Below, one piece after another: positions 28,549-32,000 of a stretch of DNA of 32,000 nt (positions within the stretch are counted from its first letter, which is position 1; the number at the start of each line of letters is the position of its first letter). A program made the translations under genes and the position numbers. Below the pieces are notes generated by a model. That model was not told where the DNA came from. It saw nothing but the letters and a program-made list of their open reading frames with translations, and ran no database searches. Where the stretch lies: assembly GCF_000009705.1 (NCBI RefSeq), contig NC_003272.1, forward strand, positions 1,140,001 through 1,172,000. Reading direction: 5' to 3'. This DNA comes from Nostoc sp. PCC 7120 = FACHB-418 (GTDB lineage Bacteria; Cyanobacteriota; Cyanobacteriia; Cyanobacteriales; Nostocaceae).

Positions 28549-28911
28549 CTATTCTTCTTCAGGTAAAATTTGGTTAATGCTGATAACCCAAGGTATACCT
28601 TGATTTACGGGAGAACTAATGCTAATTTTTGCTTGGTTAGCGAAACGTTTTAACTTACTAGCTAGGTAAGGAACAATCATCATAATATTTTGGTAGCTTT
28701 CGATATTATGACAAACCATGACTAACATCAGAATGCCACCATTAACTTTAAAGTACCAATGACAACTAGATAACAAAATACGTACTGATTGCTTGCAAGC
28801 TAAATAAAAGCTTTTCTTGGTCGTCTCTTCTAGTTGACTAAGTAATAATTCACTGATCAGAGTTGTTTTATGTGTGGGCAAATCGTCGGGAGAAAGATAT
28901 GGTTGCTTCAT
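28549..28911 (-). CDS. Hypothetical protein
   Basis: The track ORF starts at a GTG (28959); the ATG at 28909-28911 (MKQPYLSPDD...) is more plausible. I recognise no family. A 7-bp hairpin agacgtt-gtatgt-aacgtct (28529-28548) abuts the stop codon. Confidence 0.4.
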   Translation of the reverse strand: MKQPYLSPDDLPTHKTTLISELLLSQLEETTKKSFYLACKQSVRILLSSCHWYFKVNGGILMLVMVCHNIESYQNIMMIVPYLASKLKRFANQAKISISSPVNQGIPWVISINQILPEEE

Positions 28912-29391
28912 AGAACTTCGCCCTAATTTTCTAGAGTAAAATACTGACTTTAACTGCACAATTTGGACATGACTACAGAAGAATTATCTTCAGTAAGTAA
29001 TTTACGTCAGGTAGAAATATGGTCTAGTATGACATCCGTTCACTCCCATACAACTGTTTATAAGTTGAGTTTTTTGAGTCTCCCATTTTCATCAGATTTC
29101 TTTAGCAATTAGTCTACAAAAGTAAATAATGGTTAGTTTTTCTTGACGTTTGGCTTTTATTCATACTCTCATGGGGCAATGCTTCCTGCTATCCGTCTTT
29201 TACCTCCTGACAACGGCGGTAAGTTTTCCCATCCACCTATTTATATCTTTAGTTTTAGATTGGCTAAGATATGAAAATTGATTTCTCTGACTCGTGGCTG
29301 ATGTAAATCATTGTTCTAGTTAGTTTCTTAGAAGAAATAAGCCACATACTTGATTTATGTGTCTGATTTCTGTCACTAATTGGGCTACAAA

Positions 29392-30306
29392 ATGTTTTAT
29401 CACGCTAAGAAATTGCAATATTTCAGACCACCCGAAAAACCAGATGCAGTCTACGCGAATAAAATCCAAGAACTCATCGGTGGGACTTTTGGAGAAATGA
29501 CCGTAATGATGCAGTATCTGTTTCAAGGATGGAACTGTCGCGGGTCTGCCAAGTATCGAGATTTGCTTCTAGATACAGGTACTGAAGAAATTGGTCATAT
29601 TGAGATGTTGGCAACAATGATTGCCCATCTTTTAGATAAAGCACCCATCAAAGTGCAGGAAGAAGGTGTAAGAGATGCAGTAGTGGGTGCTGTTATGGGT
29701 GGGACTAACCCACGGGATGTCATTATGAACGCAGCTATGAATCCCCAGCACTCTATTGTTTCTGGTTTAGGTGCGTTGCCAGCTGATAGTGTAGGTTTTC
29801 CTTGGAATGGTCGCTTTATTGTTTCTAGTGGTAATTTACTAGCAGATTTTCGCTCAAATCTTCATGCTGAGAGTCAGGGACGCTTACAAGCAGTGCGATT
29901 ATATGAAATGAGCAACGACCCAGGGGTGAAAGATACCCTCAGTTTTATGATTGCTCGTGATACCATGCACCAAAACCAGTGGTTAGCAGCAATTGAAGAT
30001 TTAGAGCAATCTGGACTAGAAAGTACTCCTGTTCCCAGTTCCTTCCCCCTAGAATTAGAAAAGCGTGAATTTGCTTATCAGTTCTGGAATCACTCAGAAG
30101 GAACAGAAAGCGCCGAGGGTCGCTGGGCAAAAGGCCCCTCAATGGATGGTAAAGGCGAATTTGAGTATGTTGCTAACCCCCAACCCTTGGGGCCAGAACC
30201 ACAACCACCACAACCCGACCCACAACTACACGGTACACAACAAATTCCCCATCCTCAACAAGGTAACGGCTCTAGCGCACCTTCTTTAGTTGAGCGTATT
30301 TGCTAA
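29392..30306 (+). CDS. Manganese catalase (ferritin-like di-Mn catalase)
   Basis: MFYHAKKLQYFRPPEKPDAVYANKIQELIGGTFGEMTVMMQYLFQGWN and EEIGHIEML are Mn-catalase signatures. The track start at 29380 is a TTG; ATG 29392 fits the family N-terminus. The C-terminal ~70 aa are P/Q-rich. Confidence 0.9.
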   Translation: MFYHAKKLQYFRPPEKPDAVYANKIQELIGGTFGEMTVMMQYLFQGWNCRGSAKYRDLLLDTGTEEIGHIEMLATMIAHLLDKAPIKVQEEGVRDAVVGAVMGGTNPRDVIMNAAMNPQHSIVSGLGALPADSVGFPWNGRFIVSSGNLLADFRSNLHAESQGRLQAVRLYEMSNDPGVKDTLSFMIARDTMHQNQWLAAIEDLEQSGLESTPVPSSFPLELEKREFAYQFWNHSEGTESAEGRWAKGPSMDGKGEFEYVANPQPLGPEPQPPQPDPQLHGTQQIPHPQQGNGSSAPSLVERIC

Positions 30307-30361
30307 TCTGAAAGTTCATCCATGCAGTTACTCTCAAGGGTTTGCACTAACTAAGGAGTTA

Positions 30362-31389
30362 ACGTGATGTGCGACTTATTGTTTCGTTACACAATTGAGG
30401 TGTATGAACGATTGAAAAGAAAATTCCCACAATCCGCACTGGAGCGAGAAAATCGTTACCAGTGAATGGAATGCGGGAAAAATGTTTTCTATTGAAGAGT
30501 TTATCATTGCCGTATTTTGCTGTGTTGACGACGTGCTGATGGAAATCACCCAGATATACCCAATCAAGAGACGAGGTTTTGCTCCGAGTTTAAGGGAGAG
30601 TGAAGTTTTAACAATGGAATTAGTGGCAGAGTTTTTGGGAATAGATGCTGAAAAAGACATTTGGAAATACTTTCACCGTCACTGGTTAGGGCTATTTCCT
30701 CAGTTAAAGAGTCGCTATGCTTTTATTCGTCAAGCAGCTAATTGTTGGCAGTACAAGGAACTCATACAACAAAAATTAGCACAGTATTTAGGAGCATACT
30801 CTGATCAACTTCATTTGATTGATGGATTACCAATACCTTTGTGTGGCTTCAGTCGCGCTCCCAACTGCCGAAGTTTTAAATCCCTTGTAGATTATGGTTT
30901 TTGTGCTGCTAAAAAACAGACGTACTATGGGTTTCATGGGCATTTAATCGTTAGTGGCACAGGAGTTATTAGTGGGTTTACCCTGACTCCGGCAAATGGC
31001 AGTGAACGGGACGCACTTTGGGATTTAATCACGCGAATTAAAGGTTTATTAATCGGAGATAAGGGCTATTTAAGTCAGTTCTTGTCAGGAGAACTTAAAG
31101 AAGTGGGTATTACTTTACAAACCCCTTTGCGTTCTAATATGTCTGACTCTCGTAGCCGATCTTCAGTGCGATTAATGCAACGCTTTCGTCGCCTAATTGA
31201 AACAGTAATTGGTCAATTAGTTGAGAGATTTCATATAGAGAAGATTCGAGCGAGAGATATGTGGCATCTTACCAGTCGTCTCAATCGCAAGATTTTAGCT
31301 CATACCGTCTGTTTCTGGCTTAATCGCCACAATTGTGACCCTCTTCAGTTCGACGATCTTGTTACAGAATATTAAGTCGCACATGGCGT
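30362..31389 (+). mobile_element. IS982-like insertion sequence (~1.03 kb)
   Basis: Imperfect terminal inverted repeats are acgtgATGTGCGACTTA (30362-30378) and TAAGTCGCACATggcgt (31373-31389), with a 12-bp perfect core. They enclose a single DDE transposase ORF whose stop lies in the right IR. Confidence 0.75.
30482..31375 (+). CDS. DDE transposase, IS982-family-like
   Basis: 297 aa. The candidate catalytic contexts are LIDGLPIPLC, LIGDKGY and RRLIETVIGQL, in the order and spacing typical of IS982/IS4-like transposases. Confidence 0.85.
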   Translation: MFSIEEFIIAVFCCVDDVLMEITQIYPIKRRGFAPSLRESEVLTMELVAEFLGIDAEKDIWKYFHRHWLGLFPQLKSRYAFIRQAANCWQYKELIQQKLAQYLGAYSDQLHLIDGLPIPLCGFSRAPNCRSFKSLVDYGFCAAKKQTYYGFHGHLIVSGTGVISGFTLTPANGSERDALWDLITRIKGLLIGDKGYLSQFLSGELKEVGITLQTPLRSNMSDSRSRSSVRLMQRFRRLIETVIGQLVERFHIEKIRARDMWHLTSRLNRKILAHTVCFWLNRHNCDPLQFDDLVTEY

Positions 31390-31439
31390 AAAATATATAA
31401 CTGCTATAGGGCTAGTATTTGATTTCTGAAATAGACTTA

Positions 31440-31480
31440 GGGCAATGCCCACCACAACCATGATACGGTGGGCATTGCCC
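31440..31480. repeat. Perfect 14-bp-stem hairpin belonging to a dispersed repeat
   Basis: The stem is gggcaatgcccacc (31440-31453) / ggtgggcattgccc (31467-31480). The 3' arm and its flank, (a/t)tgcccaccctaNa(c/g)atacttNgat, also occur at 3287-3313. Confidence 0.6.
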
Positions 31481-31951
31481 ACCCTACAGATACTTAGATA
31501 TTTTCAATAATCAAATTAGATTCCTATAGCTTAGTTTAGTAAATAAGAGGATAAACAAGTAAATATTAGCAAATACTTTAAATATTAGTGCAGGAAATAG
31601 GAAAAACTATAAAATTGCTAATTTCCAGAGTTTTTACTCAGTGAAATTGGAAAAATCACTTGAAAAATTTAGAGTGATTAAGTTTAGTTAGCCCGATAAA
31701 TTATATTTGATAATTAATTAAATGCAACCGATTAATTGATTATAGAACAAAAATCATCTCTGGGGAATGGGGAGATTTCCCTACTAAGATAGACAAGCAA
31801 TTAAGAATATAAAGCATAAGATTATGAGGCAGTTAATTTTAAAATTGGTGTTAAGAATCAGTTTCTAGTGCAAATTTAATCGTCTATCAGGCACTCTTGA
31901 AACAAAAAATAAACACACCTAATTCAAATCTTAGTTTGTAGGAGGTTTGTG

Positions 31952-32000
31952 ATGCGAATTGCTCAAGTAGCCCCATTATGGGAGAGAGTACCCCCGCCTG
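31952..32000 (+). CDS. Glycosyltransferase (GT4-like), first 16 codons only
   Basis: ATG at 31952 is preceded by ggagg (31941-31945). MRIAQVAPLWERVPPP matches the common N-terminus of group-1 glycosyltransferases. The ORF runs off the right edge. Confidence 0.5.
   Translation, partial: MRIAQVAPLWERVPPP

Noticed and set aside
30376-30660. 94-aa minus-strand ORF at the left end of the IS
   Set aside because: It is antisense to the transposase 5' end, has no known IS982 accessory-gene equivalent, and has a low-complexity product.

Overview
This looks like a chromosomal segment from a filamentous, heterocyst-forming cyanobacterium (Nostoc/Anabaena-like). The evidence is many HIP1 palindromes (GCGATCGC, e.g. 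92-99, 162-169), STRR-type heptamer repeats, and hairpin-forming short dispersed repeats in most intergenic gaps. From the left, the window holds housekeeping genes: a partial PAS/GAF histidine kinase (it runs off the left edge, so it is absent from the ORF track), ddl, an acyltransferase, thiC with a TPP riboswitch, an M4 protealysin-like protease, an EVE-domain protein, ispH, an SbtA/SbtB-like pair, nagA and purE. Next comes the amt4-amt1-amtB ammonium-transporter cluster, with GTA-N8-TAC (NtcA-type) boxes and a Yfr1-like sRNA signature in the amt4-amt1 spacer. The right third looks accessory. It holds a 1069-aa protein with an N-terminal signal/anchor, 11 near-identical 105-bp HEAT-type repeats, hydrophobic segments and a NACHT-type P-loop NTPase. 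After it come a 13-copy, two-variant 21-bp tandem array, a conserved hypothetical, an S8 peptidase, a Mn-catalase, an IS982-like insertion sequence and the first codons of a glycosyltransferase. The best candidate for something undescribed is the membrane-anchored HEAT-NACHT (STAND/NLR-like) protein together with its mosaic repeat array and the adjacent 21-bp array. All calls rest on reading the sequence and on family knowledge; no database search was run.
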